A stretch of DNA of 64,000 nucleotides. It comes from Malacoraja senta (Eukaryota). Positions 39,003 through 51,593 of the stretch are shown here, in pieces. The stretch is taken from assembly GCA_038087875.1 (NCBI GenBank), contig CM075996.1, positions 6,388,001 to 6,452,000 on the forward strand. The letters run 5' to 3'. The notes beneath the pieces were generated by a model. That model was not told the DNA's origin and searched no databases. It saw only the letters and a list, made by a program, of their open reading frames with translations. The stretch's first letter is position 1. Every line of letters begins with the position of its first letter. Both the position numbers and the translations under genes were made by a program.

Positions 39003-40216
39003 GTAATCTCACTCTCCGCACAATCCTCCCTCCTCCGCTCTCGTTCCTGCCCATGGTTTCACGGCGTCCTGGTGCCATCTGAGATGTGCGTAACCCCGAG
39101 TCACTGATCCTCGTTAGGCATCGCTTCCATAAGTTACCATATCCGCACGGTGGCGCAGCGGTAGAGTTGCTGGTTCGCTGCGCCAGAGACCCGGGTTCGA
39201 TCCTGACCTCGGGCGCTGTCTGCACGGAGTTTGTACGTTCTCCCCGTGGGTTTTCTCTCGGTGCTCCAGTTTCCTGGATGTGCATTTCGAGATTCATTGG
39301 ACCTATTTCCGCGCTGTGCCTAGAAAAGCAATTCTCTTCGTTTCTCTCTGGCTCTGCTACTTCCAAGTTCATGCTACATCGTTCAATCATGGCTGATCTA
39401 TCTTTCCCTCCGAACCCTATTCTCCTGCCATCTCCTTCACTATCTTTCTGCCATTTGCCCTCACTTATAGTCGCTACCAACCAACTAGCTATCAACAAAT
39501 TTTGGGGGTTAGAGGAAAATCCACGCGGTCACAGGGAGAGCGTGCAAACAGCGAAGGGTGGTACTGCAGATGCTGGTTTAAATCGAAGATAGACACAAAA
39601 TGCTGGAGTAACTCAGTGGGACACACAAAGATGTGCAGGTTTTGAGATTCATTGGACTTATTTCCGCGCTGTATCTCTATAATCTAATTCCTCAATTGAT
39701 GTATCCACCATTCTGTGCCAGCCCCAGCCCCTCCGTGCAAACAGTACCTAGCTTGGTATCCAACCCTGGACTTGCGAGGCAATAGCAATTTCAATGGAGC
39801 TTCAATGCCATGTGTGGACTGCACAATGAAATTCTTTCTGCATGGATCACACATGCACGAATCGCTATATTTTGGCGCCATTTACAAAGAGTCCAAAGTC
39901 CTGTCCAGGCGCTGGATGTACTGGAGCGGCTCCCGGTCCAGGCGAGCCCCAGGCTGCTGCAGGGCCTCCCCCGTCACCCTCGACCGTCTCTGTGTCCCGG
40001 GGAGGGAGGGGCGCCTCCTGCAGCTGTCCTTGCAGGCGCTGGAGGCAATGGGCGGCACGGTGGCGCAGTGGGAGAGCTACTGCTTTGAAGGCGCCAGAGA
40101 TTCGGGTTCGATCCCGACTACGGGTGCTGTCTGTACGGAGTTTGTACGTTCTCCCCGTGACCGCGTGGGTTTTCTCCGAGATTTTCGGTTTCCTCCCACA
40201 CTATGTAGGAATGTCG

Positions 40217-42447
40217 CAGGGCTGCCAACATTATGTGAGAGTTGGGAGTGAGAAATTGCGAGAGACCAAGCCCGAGGGAGCATAGCGACGGGGGGGGGGG
40301 GGGGGGGGGGGGAAGGTGTCCCCCTCCCATTGCTACGGAACTTTTGCAATTTTCAGCTTGAAATTGTGCAATATGGTGCATACAGTAGCGAGTCTTTTAA
40401 CTTACACTTGAAAGCAATATATATGCTTTAAATTGGATTGGAGCGTTTTGAAAGGGAGGATGCTGAGCGATCACTGATCACTAGCCTTGGGGGTACCCGG
40501 TGAGGGAGTGGAGCAACCGAGTGGGGAGAGGGTGTGGAAGAAGGGTGTCCCCCTCCCAGGGTAGGAACTTTTTGAAATTTGATGTATTAAAATCATGTTT
40601 TAGTGCATTGTATAAGTATGATTTCAATGTTTTTTGTATGAAGTATTTTTAAGAGGTAACTTTTTAAGGGGTAACTTTATCCACACAAAGGATGATGGGT
40701 GTATGGAACAAGCTGCCAGAGGAGGTAGTTGAGGCAGGGACCATCCCATCATTTAAGAAAAAGTTAGACTGATACATGGACAGGACAGGGTTGGAGGTAT
40801 GGACCAAAAGCAGGTAGTGAAGCTGGGACATGTTGGTGGGAGTGGGCAAGTTGCGCCGAAGGGCCTGTTTTCACACTGTATCACTCTATGACTACATTAT
40901 ACCTCCACCATGCATGAATGCTTCAAAATCAAGTGATCGCGTTTTATTGCCATATACTCAAGCATAGAAACATAGAAAATAGGTGCAGGAATAGGCCATC
41001 GGCCCTTCGAGCCAGCACTGCCATTCAATATGATCATGGCTATTCATCTAAAATCAGTACCTCTTTCCTTTTTCCCCATATCCTTGATGTCGTTAGCCCC
41101 AAGAACTAAATGTAACTCTCTCTTGAAAACATCCAGTGAATTGGCCTGCACTGCCTTCTGTGGCAGAGAATTCCACAGATTCACAACTCTCTGTGTGAAG
41201 AAAGTTTGTCCTCATCTCAGTCCTAACTGCCCCCCCCCCCTTTATTCTTAAACTGTGACTCCTGGTTCTGAACTCTCCCAACACCGGGAACATTTTTCCT
41301 GCAGTTACAGTAAGTGAAAATCTAGCAGGCAAGCAGGATGCTTTCTCCAACCACCCCCATTTGAAGTCCACTATCTTCCACCGTTTCTACCCAGTGCTTG
41401 GTACTTACTTCCAGCAGCCACTGGTTGTCCTCCTGGATGCACCGAGCCGCAGCCTGAACCATGCCGGTCACCTGGGCGAATTTGGCAGAGAGACTCTCAC
41501 GGCAGCGGCGCAACGCTTCCGACGCCTTGCACTGAAGCTGCTCCAAGGCCGGAGCTGCAGTGAGCGACTCGCCAGCCCGGCAAACACTCGCCAACCCCGC
41601 TCCCCGTCCGCATCTGTCCCCGCCGCTGCTTCTGCTTCCAACACCCATGGCCCATGCAGTTGATACGAGTTATGAAATTTTCGTTGATCACAGAATTTCT
41701 CACAAGAGCGAGAGAAATTTGTGATCAGCGTGAGAATTTGGCGAAATGCGTGATTCTCACGCTTAATGCATGGTTGGCAGCCCTGCCTCTCTCTCTTTCC
41801 CCTCTCCCTCCCAACTCTCTCCCCTCTTTCCCCTAAATCTCCCCCTCTTTCTTCTCTCTCTCCCCCCACGCTTCCCTCTCTCTCTTTCTCCCTCTCTCCC
41901 ATTCTCTCCTCCCCCTCTCATCCCTCATTCTTCCCTATCATCCCTCTCTCTCTTCCCCCTCTCCCACCTCACTCTCCCCTACCTCTCTCTCTCCCCCCCT
42001 CCCTCTTCTCTCTCCATTCACTCCCCCTCTGTCTCTCCCCTCTCTCTCCCCACTGTCTCCTTCCCCTCTCTCTCTCTCCACCTCCCATTGAGAGTCTGTC
42101 CCTTCGGCACAGATACACTCGCGGCAGTGGCGCAACGCTTCCGACGCCTCCGACTGCACTGCAATACTCTCGCACTGGGGCTGCTCCATGGCCGGAACTG
42201 CAGCGAGCGACTCGCAGCCCCGCAAACACTCGCCAGCCCCGACTCCCCGCATCTGTATCCGCCCGCTGCTTCCATCCCTCCCTCAGCCCCGGCTCTCCAA
42301 CACCCGCGGACCATGCAGTTTAAATTAGTTTTGAAATCTTCGTTGAATCCAGAATTTCTCACCACAGAGCGTGAGAAATTTCTGATCAGCGTGAGTTTAT
42401 TCAAATGTGTGATTCTCACGCTCAAAGCGTGAGAGTTGGCAGCCCTG
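40217..42447. mobile_element. hAT-like non-autonomous DNA element with nested CR1 pieces, inserted in a SINE
   Basis: TIR CAGGGCTGCCAAC / GTTGGCAGCCCTG; ATGTCG direct repeat at 40211-40216 and 42448-42453; the right end is duplicated internally (second TIR copy at about 41773-41785). Confidence 0.75.
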
Positions 42448-43306
42448 ATGTCGGTTAATTGGCTTGTTGTACAGCAAATGTAAATTGTCCCTAGTGTGTG
42501 TGTGTGTGTGTAGGATAGTGTTAATGTGCGGGTGATCGCTGGTCGGCATGGCGGCATGGACTCGGTGGGCTGAAGGGCCTGGTTCTGTGCTGTATCTCTA
42601 AACTGGGGTGGAAGATTGCAACCTTCACGTGGTCCGCCCTGTTTCGACGAATGCAATCAACCTGGCGTGCACAATCAAATAAGATCAAATAGAACAAGTT
42701 GTCATAGAAACGTAGAAAATAGGTGCAGGAGGAGGCCATTCGGCCATTCGAGCCAGCACCGCCATTCATTGTGATCATGGCTGATCGTCCCCAATCAATA
42801 ACCCGTGCCTGCCTTCTCCCCATATCCCTTGATTCCACTAGCCCCTAGAGCTCTATCTAACTCTCTCTTAAATCCATCCAGTGATTTGGCCTCCACTGCC
42901 CTCTGTGGCAGGGAATTCCACAAATTCACAACTCTCTGGGTGAAAACGTTTTTTCTCACATCAGTCTTAAATGGCCTCCCCTTTATTCTAAGTCTGTGTC
43001 CTACAACTTTAGGCTGTGCATGCCATATGCAAGAAGAAGAATCTCTAAGCGAAAACTAAACATACCCCGCTCCGTCTCCCACCGGCCCACTCCTCGCGTC
43101 CATCATCACCAGCGGCTCCCTCCCTTGTTCTTCAGGGCCGAGCACGGCAGCTTCCCAGCTCCCCACCACCGTTCAGTTCCACGGCGCATCCTTGGAGCAC
43201 TAAGCTCTGCACCACCATTTCTAAACTCCGAGCCCCCCTCGCCCACACTTGGCCAATATTTCTTCCAATACGGTATTCTCCCGCTAACAACTCTGCCCTG
43301 TTCCAG

Positions 43307-43439
43307 ATCCAGGATCCTTCCACCTCAAGAGATTTTCCCAGACCTCTGGTCTCGCCAAGAAATCTTCGGAAGAGATGGGGAAAATCTTCGGCATTCTCGA
43401 CGAGGACGGAAGTGGCTTCATTGAGAAGAGTGAGCTCAA
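43307..43439 (+). CDS. PVALB: Parvalbumin/oncomodulin-like gene, coding exon 2 (DPGSFHLKRFSQTSGLAKKSSEEMGKIFGILDEDGSGFIEKSELK; CD EF-hand)
   Basis: ttccAG acceptor, 133 nt, GTAAG donor; EF-hand loop DEDGSGFIEKSE. Confidence 0.95.
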
Positions 43440-43664
43440 GTAAGCAACTCCTCATTGCTCTCTAAACCTCCGCGGACATTGGAATTTATCTCTGGAGCTT
43501 GAGTTTGCGTTTAAGGTGAGAGAGGCTGGCAGCATCGTCAAGGACCCACACCATCCTGGCCACACACTCATCTCCCCGCTACCTTCGGGTAGAAAGTACA
43601 GGAGTCTGATATCTGCAACATCCAGGTTCAGGAATAGACACTTCCCCACAGCCATCAGGCTATT

Positions 43665-45020
43665 TTAGACCTGTCGCACTAACATCAGTTGCCATGAAGA
43701 CCTTTGAGCACATAGTCCTCACCCATCTGAAAACATACACTGTCCCCATCATGGACCCGTTTCAATTTGCATACAGCGCCAACCGGTCTGTGGAGGATGC
43801 TATCAACCTAGCTCTTCACTACTCCCTACATCATTTGGATCACCGAACACTTATGCACGCATCCTATTTATAGATTTTAGCTCGGCCTTTAATACTATAC
43901 ACCCAATTAAACTCTACAATAAACTGTTGGACATGGGCATTCACCTAGCCATGTGCCATTGGATTTTACATTTTCTCACAAACAGACAACAAAGAGTCAA
44001 GGTGGGTGAAAAACTCTCCAGCCCTCTGACTATCAATACAGGAGCCCCTCAAGGGTGCGTTCTGTCACCTCAGCTCTTCTCACTTTACACCAACAACCTC
44101 ACATCCCAATACAGCTCAGTTAAAATTTTCAAATATGCAGACGACACGACAATAATTGGCCTCATCTCAGACAACAATGAATCACAATACCATCAAACAG
44201 TGGACAGCGCAGTCAAATGGTGCGCAGAAAACAACCTCCAGCTTAACACCTCAAAAACCTTAGAAACCATCATAGATTTCAGACGCAAACAAAACCTCAA
44301 ACCCGCGGTCCATGTCAACTCCCATCCCATAACCTCCACGAACTTATTTAAGTTTCTGGGCACCTATATCTGCAATAATCTAAAATGGCACATCAATGCT
44401 GACCACATCATTAAGAAAGGACAACAACGCCTATACTTCCTCAGACAGCTCAAGAAGTTCAGAGTCCACAAACACCTCCTGGTACGCTTCTATCAATCCA
44501 TCATTGAAAGCATCATCACCTCCTCAATCAGTCTGGTACGGAAACACTGACAGTCACTCACTACACAGAATACAGCGCATTGTCTCCAAGGCCTCTAGGA
44601 TCATCAACTCTCCCCTCCCCTCAATCTTTACCTCCAACGTACCTCAAAACGGGCAACAAAGATCATCTCGGACCCCTCCCATCCAGCAAACCACCTTTTC
44701 CAGTCTCTCCCTTCAGGGAGGCGCCTTAGGTCACTTGCTACAAAATCCACCCGTTTTAAAAACAGTTTCTTCCCCTCAGCAATAAGAACACTTAATTCCC
44801 TCCAATAACTTTTTGACTTTGATGTATACAGTGTCTTGTCTATGGTTTTTGTCTGTTCTTTTGCACTATGTATTGTTGGTGAGATTTGTGATTTGTGATG
44901 TGCTTTATTATTATTGTTGTTAGTGTTAATGTGCTAAAGCAGTACCATCATGTACCGAACCCAATTACCACCAACCCTGGTCGTGTGGCAAATAAAGTTT
45001 CTATTCTATTCTATTCTATT
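43665..45020 (+). mobile_element. Rex1/Babar-like LINE (degenerate RT) in a parvalbumin intron
   Basis: [30 protein letters not shown]; (CTATT)n tail. Confidence 0.92.
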
Positions 45021-45085
45021 AAACTCAACTCAAACAAAACTCTGATCATTAATAGCCCAATGCACTTTATCTGTTTATTTATTTA

Positions 45086-45095
<10 letters not shown>

Positions 45096-45153
<58 letters not shown>
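45096..45153. repeat. (TA)n microsatellite
   Basis: Visible run. Confidence 0.98.
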
Positions 45154-45159
<6 letters not shown>

Positions 45160-46009
45160 AGTATATGGACACACTGATCTGTTCTGTATTTATGCCTACT
45201 ATATTCTGTTGTGCTGAAGTAAATCAAGAATGTAATTGTCCTATGTTAGAAGGAACATTTAGACAGATGTCTGAACAGGCAGGCAGTAGAGGGATAAGGA
45301 CCATCCAACTCTTAATCAGTACAAGTGTCAGAGGGAGAGATACAGTAGATCAGCCATGATTGAATGGCGGAGTACACTTGATGGGCCGAATGGTCTAATT
45401 CTATTTCTTCTGACCATGTGCAGGCAGATGGGATTAGTAAGATTTACATCATGGTCAGTGCAGATATGATGGGCCGAAGGGCCTATTTCTGTATTGTGTG
45501 TTCTGTTATAATATTAGCAGCTGGAAAACTTTAGTTTAGTTTAGAGATACGTCGCGGAAACAGGCCCTTCGGCCCACAGCGCCTGCGCCGACCATCGATC
45601 CCCACACATTAACACTATCCTACACACACTGGAAACAATTTACAATTATACCAAGCAAGTTAGCCTACACACCTGCACGTCCTTGTGGGAGGAAACCGGA
45701 GATCTCAGAGAAAACTCACAGGTCACGGGGAGAAAGTACAAACTCCGTACAGACAGCACCTGTAGTCGGGATTGAACCTGGGTCTCTGGCGCTGTAAAGC
45801 AGCACCATTGTGCCACCTTGTGCAGGGAAAAGGTTACAGGGAGCATTCACCTGCATTACATAGTAACTGTACACTGTGGACAGCTTGATTGTAATCATGT
45901 ACAGTTCTTTCTGTGACTGGATAGCACGCAGCAAAAGAGCAGTTCACTGCACCTTGGTACACGTGGCAATAAACTAAACTGAAGTGATGGACTCCTCTTT
46001 ACTTTAAAG

Positions 46010-46119
46010 GCTGTTCCTACGGTACTTCTGTCCAGAAGCCCGAGAGTTGAGTGACGCTGAGATGGACAGTTTCGTCTCCGCTGGAGATGTAGATGGAGAT
46101 GGCAGGATTGATTGCGGTG
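46010..46119 (+). CDS. PVALB: Parvalbumin/oncomodulin-like gene, coding exon 3 (LFLRYFCPEARELSDAEMDSFVSAGDVDGDGRIDCG; EF EF-hand)
   Basis: AG acceptor, 110 nt, GTAAGT donor; conserved AR.L...E salt-bridge motif and loop DVDGDGRIDCGE. Confidence 0.95.
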
Positions 46120-46345
46120 GTAAGTTTCTACACATTTTAAAATGCTTCACTGTATTTGGGCAGCACGGTGGCGCAGCGGTAGAGCTGTTGCCTTACAGCG
46201 CCAGAGACCCAGGTTTGATCCTGACTATGGGTGCTTGTCTGTACGGAGTTTGTACGTTCTCCCCATGACCTGCATGAGTTTTCTCCGAGATCTTCGGTTT
46301 CCTCCCAAACTCCAAAGTCGTGCAGGTTTGTAGGTTAATTGGCTT

Positions 46346-46817
46346 GATACGAGATTGATCCCTGGGATGGCGGGACTGTCATATGAGGAAAGATTGAAAA
46401 GACTAGGCTTGTATTCACTGGAGTTTAGAAGAATGAGGGGGAATCTTATAGAAACATATACAATTATAAAAGGACTGGACAAGCTAGATGCAGGAAAAAT
46501 GTTCCCAATGTTGGGTGAGTCCAGAACCAGGGGCCAGTCTTAGAATAAAGGGGAGGCCATTTAAGACTGAGGTGAGAAAACACTTTTTCACTCAGAGTTG
46601 TGACTTTGTGGAATTCCCTGCCACAGAGGGCAGTGGAGGCCAAATCACTGGATGGATTTAAGAGAGAATTAGATAGAGCTCTAGGGGCTAGTGGAATCAA
46701 GGGATATGGGGAGAAGACAGGCACGGGTTATTGATTGGGGACGATCAGCCATGATCGCAATGAATGGCGGTGCTGGCTCAAAGGGCCGAATGGCCTCCTC
46801 CTGCACCTATTTTCTAT
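46346..46817 (+). mobile_element. CR1 3' fragment nested in a SINE (46160-46920)
   Basis: CR1 C-terminal motifs; the paralogous SINE at 59540-59830 is uninterrupted. Confidence 0.9.
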
Positions 46818-46927
46818 ATAAATTGTCCCTTGTGTGTGATGGATAGTGTTAATGTGCGGGGATCGCTGGTCGGCGCAGACACGGTGGGCCGAAGGGCCGG
46901 TTTCCGTGCTGTATCTCAAAGTAAAGA

Positions 46928-47745
46928 CTATATCCCTTACTCCCAATTTCTCGTCTCCGCCACATCTGCGCCCAAAATGAGATGTTCCATACCAGGACAT
47001 TCGTAATGTCCTCATTCGTTAGTGAAATGGGGTTCCCTACTTCTATCATTGATGAGGCCCTCACATGTGTCTCCTCGGTACTCCGCAGCTCCGACCTTGC
47101 TCCGCCTCTCCCAGTCACAACAAAGACAGGGGCCCCCCCCGCCCATCAGCCATCGCATACAACACATAATCCTCTGAAATTTTCACCACCTCCAACAGGA
47201 TCCCAACACCAGTCACATTTTTCCAGCTCCACCCCTTTCCGCCTTCCAGAGACCTTCTCACCACAACTCCCTGGTTAACTCATCCTTTCCCAGCTAAACC
47301 ACCCCCTCCCCAGGTACCTTCCCCTGCAACTGTAGGAGATGCAAAACCTGTCCCTATACCTCCTCCCTCGATTCTGTCCAGGGACCCCGACAGTCCTTTC
47401 AGGTTTGGCAGAGGTTCACCTGCGCCTCCTCCAACCTCATCTACTGTATCTGTTGTTCAAGATGCAGACTCTTATACATCGGCGAGACCAAACGTAGACT
47501 GGGCGATCGTTTCGCTGAACACCTTTGCTCAGTCCGCCTGAACCTACCTGATCTCCCGGTTGCCAAACACTTTAAATCCCCCTCCCATTCCCAAACTGAC
47601 CTTTCTGTCCTAGGCCTCCTCCATTGTCAGAGCGAAGCTAAACGCAAATTGGAGGAACAGCATCACATATTTCGCTTGGGCAGCTTTCAACCCAGTGATA
47701 TTAATATTGATTTCTTTGAATTCAAATAACCCCGACATTCGCTCT
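46928..47745 (+). mobile_element. Penelope-like element remnant (RT C-terminus and GIY-YIG endonuclease)
   Basis: IPYSQFL.., GTFPCNCRRCKTCPY, FTC.SSNLIYCI.CSRC.LLYIGETKRRLGDRFAEH, LPVAKHF. Confidence 0.9.
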
Positions 47746-48073
47746 CTGTTTACCCCCCCCCCCCCCACCCAAGTCGCATCATAGTCAGAGTCTAGGAGTC
47801 GCAGTGTGGAAACAGGCCATTTGGTCCAACTTGCCCTCACCAGCCAACATGTCCCAACTATATTAGTTCCACCTGCCTGCATTTGGCCTATACCCCTCTA
47901 AACCTGTACCTGTCTGTTTCTTAAACATTGTGATAGTACCTGCCTACAGTACATCCTCTGGCAGCTCGTTCTATACACCCACCACCCTTTGTGTGAAAAT
48001 GATACCAGCAGATTGTTTGTGTAGGATAGAAAGTAACCTCAAAATGCTGACCTCAGCTGTTCTGAACCTGCAG

Positions 48074-48099
48074 AATTCCTGAGTCTGATAAGTACGTAA
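48074..48099 (+). CDS. PVALB: Parvalbumin/oncomodulin-like gene, last coding exon ((E)FLSLIST*)
   Basis: ctgcAG acceptor and TAA at 48097-48099. Total CDS is 61+133+110+26 = 330 nt, i.e. 109 aa plus stop. Confidence 0.9.
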
Positions 48100-48259
48100 G
48101 GATAAATCGGATGAAGATTCCCTTCAAGTTGTCGCTCCCAAACCCACCTCTGGAAACAATGGAAAATACCTGGAATTCTTCAAATCGATCAGCGCTCTTC
48201 CTGTGTCGTTGAGTTGTACCCGAACAAATTGTCACTGCTGGATTCAGTCAAGTAACAGC

Positions 48260-48265
48260 AATAAA
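48260..48265 (+). terminator. Polyadenylation signal of the parvalbumin-like gene
   Basis: AATAAA about 160 nt after the stop codon. Confidence 0.65.
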
Positions 48266-50964
48266 ATCTCTTTGTGAACCACTGTCTGCCTTTGTTTTAG
48301 AACATAGAAGAATATTCCACTCCTTCCTTAAAGGACGTTCTTTTAGAAAGGAGGAGAAATTTCTTTACTCCTGTGAAGTGCACAGAAAACGGGCATTTCG
48401 GCCCAGAATGTTTGTGCTGAACATGCGCCTATCCTAAAAGCCTCTTAAACACCACTACGGTAACTGCCTCCATCACTACCCTATGCAATGCGTTCTAGGC
48501 CCCTACCACTCTCTGCAAAATAAAACATGCCCCACACATCTCCATTAAACTCCCTCTCTCTGCCCTCTAGTTAGCCATTTCCACCCCAGGAAAAAAAGGC
48601 TCTGACTGTCTCCCCTATCTGTGCCTCTCATAATTTTACTAACTTCTATCAAGTCTCCCCACAATATCTGACGTTCCAGAGAAAAAAAATGCAAGTCTGT
48701 CCAACCTCACCCTGTGGCTGAAGTCTTCTAATCCAGGCAGCCTTTTGGTAAACCTCCTCTGCACCATCTCCAAAGCCTTCACTTCCAGAATTGCACGCAG
48801 TACTCCTAATGCGGCCTGACCAAAGAGCTGCACCATGACTTTGGTCCTTGAGAATAAGGGGTGGGATGTCTTTGGCTGCTTGCAATGATAGTCAGAGTGA
48901 TACACCGTGGAAACAGGCCTTTCGGCCCAACTTGCCCACACCAGTCATCATGTTCCCACTTCACTGTCGATATACCTCCAAACCTGTCCTATCCATATAA
49001 CTAACTGTTTCTTAAACGTTGGGAAAGTCCCTGCCTCAACTACCTCCTCCGGCAGCTCGTTCCATTCAACCACAACCCTTTGTGTGAAAAAGTAACCCCT
49101 CAGATTCCTATTAAATAATTTCCCTTTCACCTTAAACCTATGCCCCCTGGTCCTCAATTCCCCCATACTCTGGGCAAGAGACCCTGTGCATCTACCAGAT
49201 CTATTCCTCTCATGATTTTGTACACCTCTTATAAGATCACCCCTCATCCTCCTGTGCTCCAGGTAATAAAGTCCGAGCCTGTCCAACCTCTCCATGTAGC
49301 ACAGGCACCTCGAGTCCTGGCAACGTCCCCGTAAATCTTCTCAGCTTAACGATTTTCCAGCTTAACGATTTTGCAGAGATGCTGCCTGACCCAGAGATCA
49401 GCCATCCATGTCCTCCAGAAATGTTGTATGAAGAGTAGATTCTGCCCAATGTTACTTGAAGATGCTTTTGACCAAATGTAGCAGCCTGACGCAGATGGAC
49501 ACAGCCAGTGTAGATATGTCACCGCTCTATACAAACTCACAGGAGAAACTCACTGATGTTAAAGAACTTTATAAAAGACTATTTTTTAAATTACTGCAAC
49601 GAAAGAGCACATTGAGGCAAACAAGAGATTGGATAGAATGGAATTAGTTATTTTTTTAGACTGTACAAAAACGATTTTGATCAGCTCTTGTATTCACACT
49701 ATAAACATAAATCACAAATATAACTAGATTAATTGGTAACTGCCATGCTTGAGAGCTAATCAAATATCAAAGAGACACAAAAAGCTGGAGTAACCCAGCG
49801 GGTTAGACAACATCTCTGGAGAAAAGGAATTGGTGACTTTTCGGGTCGAGACTCTTAACCAAACTGCAATGTGGACTTTAACCAAGACTTGGTCAGTAAT
49901 CACTAATATTGCGTTTAGTTTAGAGATAGTGTGCAAACAGGCCCTTCAGTCCATCAAGGCCACGACGACCACCGATCACGCGTCCACTAGAGTTCAATGT
50001 TATCCCAGTTTCGCATCCTACACACTAGAGGCAATTCACAAAAGCCAATTAACCGACAAACCTGCACGTCTTTGGAATGTGGGAGGAAACCGGAGTACCC
50101 GGGGTCACAGGGAGAACGTACAAACTCCACACTGGCAGCACCCGTCAACGGGATCGTACCCGGGTCCCTGGCGCTGTGAGGCAGCTGCTCTACAACTCAT
50201 TACAAAGCTTATTAAATGTTAGCTACTTGATTTACATCTTTTAACCATCTCATCATTATCGTTGGTAGTGTCAGTCCTCAGGAATCCTAAATGGATGAGT
50301 AATGCCTATGAGTGATCTCTCCAGCAATCCCATGGTGAACTCCAAACTACCTGCGGTGAACCCTCAGCTCTTTGGTATAATGGTGGGAGGGTGAAGAGTA
50401 AGGAGATAGCCACCGCCATCAAAAACACAGGAGCAATCCAGTTTTAAGCTGATTTTAAACTAATGGCTAAATTACAAAAATTGGAACGCTGGAATGTTTA
50501 GAGTTTAGAGATACAGCATGGAAACAGGTCCGTCATCCCATCGAGACCGCGTCGACCATCGATCGACCCGTTCACACTAGTTCCATGTCCCACACTGCAG
50601 GGGCAATATACAGCAGCCAATTAGCCTACAAACCCGTACGTCTTTGGGATGTGGGAGGAAACCGGAGAAAACCCACGCGGTCACAGGGAGATGGTGCAAA
50701 CTCCATATAGGCAGCCTATCGCTGCGCTGGAGCAGAATTAGGCCATTCGGCCCATCAAGTCTCATCCCCTTTCTCCTGCTTTCTCGGCACCCGTACTAAT
50801 CGAGAATCTGTCTATCTTAAAACCTGCCTTAAAAATATCCTGCGCACAAGTAGACTGCGCTGAGCTAGAGTCAAAATGCCGCCTGGATGTCAAGAACCGT
50901 TCCCTAACATAGCACAGTCACTGACATACTCAGCGCCACATGCGTGAAACTTCAGTACGGTGGT

Positions 50965-51585
50965 CCATGCTTAGGTAATGCTGAGGCTCTAGAAGGCGTG
51001 GGTTGGGCCTCATTTGGATTATTGTGAGCAGTTTTGTGCTCCACATCCAAGGAGGGATGTGGAGGCTTTGTAGAGGGTCCAGAGGACGATTACGAGAATG
51101 CTCCCAGGAATGAGTGGGTTCACGTATGATGAGTGTCTGATGGCACTGAGCCTGTACTCGCTGGAATTTAAAATGATGTGGGGGGGTGGGGGGGACCTCA
51201 TTGAAACTTTCCAAATAGTGAAAGGCCTGGATAGTGGATGTTTCCACTAGTGGGAGAGTCAAGGAGCAGAGCCCACAGCCGCCAAATAAAAAGGAGATGA
51301 GGATGAATTTCTTTAGTCAGAGGGTGGCGAATCTGTGGAATTCATTGCCACAGAAGGCAGGGTTGATGGCCGAAATATATAATGCCAAAATATATTAATC
51401 TAATCTGCCTGTACATGGTCCATATCCCTCAATTTCCTGAATTGATACTGTAGATTCCTGTTTAGTACGGATGTCAGGGGTGATGGGGAGAAGGCAGAAG
51501 GGGGTTAGGAGGGAATGAGAGATCAGCCATGACTGAATCGTGGAGTGGACTCAATGGGCCGAGTGACCTAGTTGTGCTCCTGTCA
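50965..51585 (+). mobile_element. Old CR1 fragment directly 3' of the TRIM stop codon
   Basis: Degenerate RPHL.YC.QF..RVQR...RMLPG..LYSLEF..RVANLWNSLP. Confidence 0.8.
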
Positions 51586-51593
51586 CCGATGCA

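Noticed and set aside
39890..40050. GC-rich coding-looking stretch in a parvalbumin intron
   Set aside because: A similar sequence occurs at about 7305-7360, suggesting a dispersed repeat; no consistent frame or splice sites.
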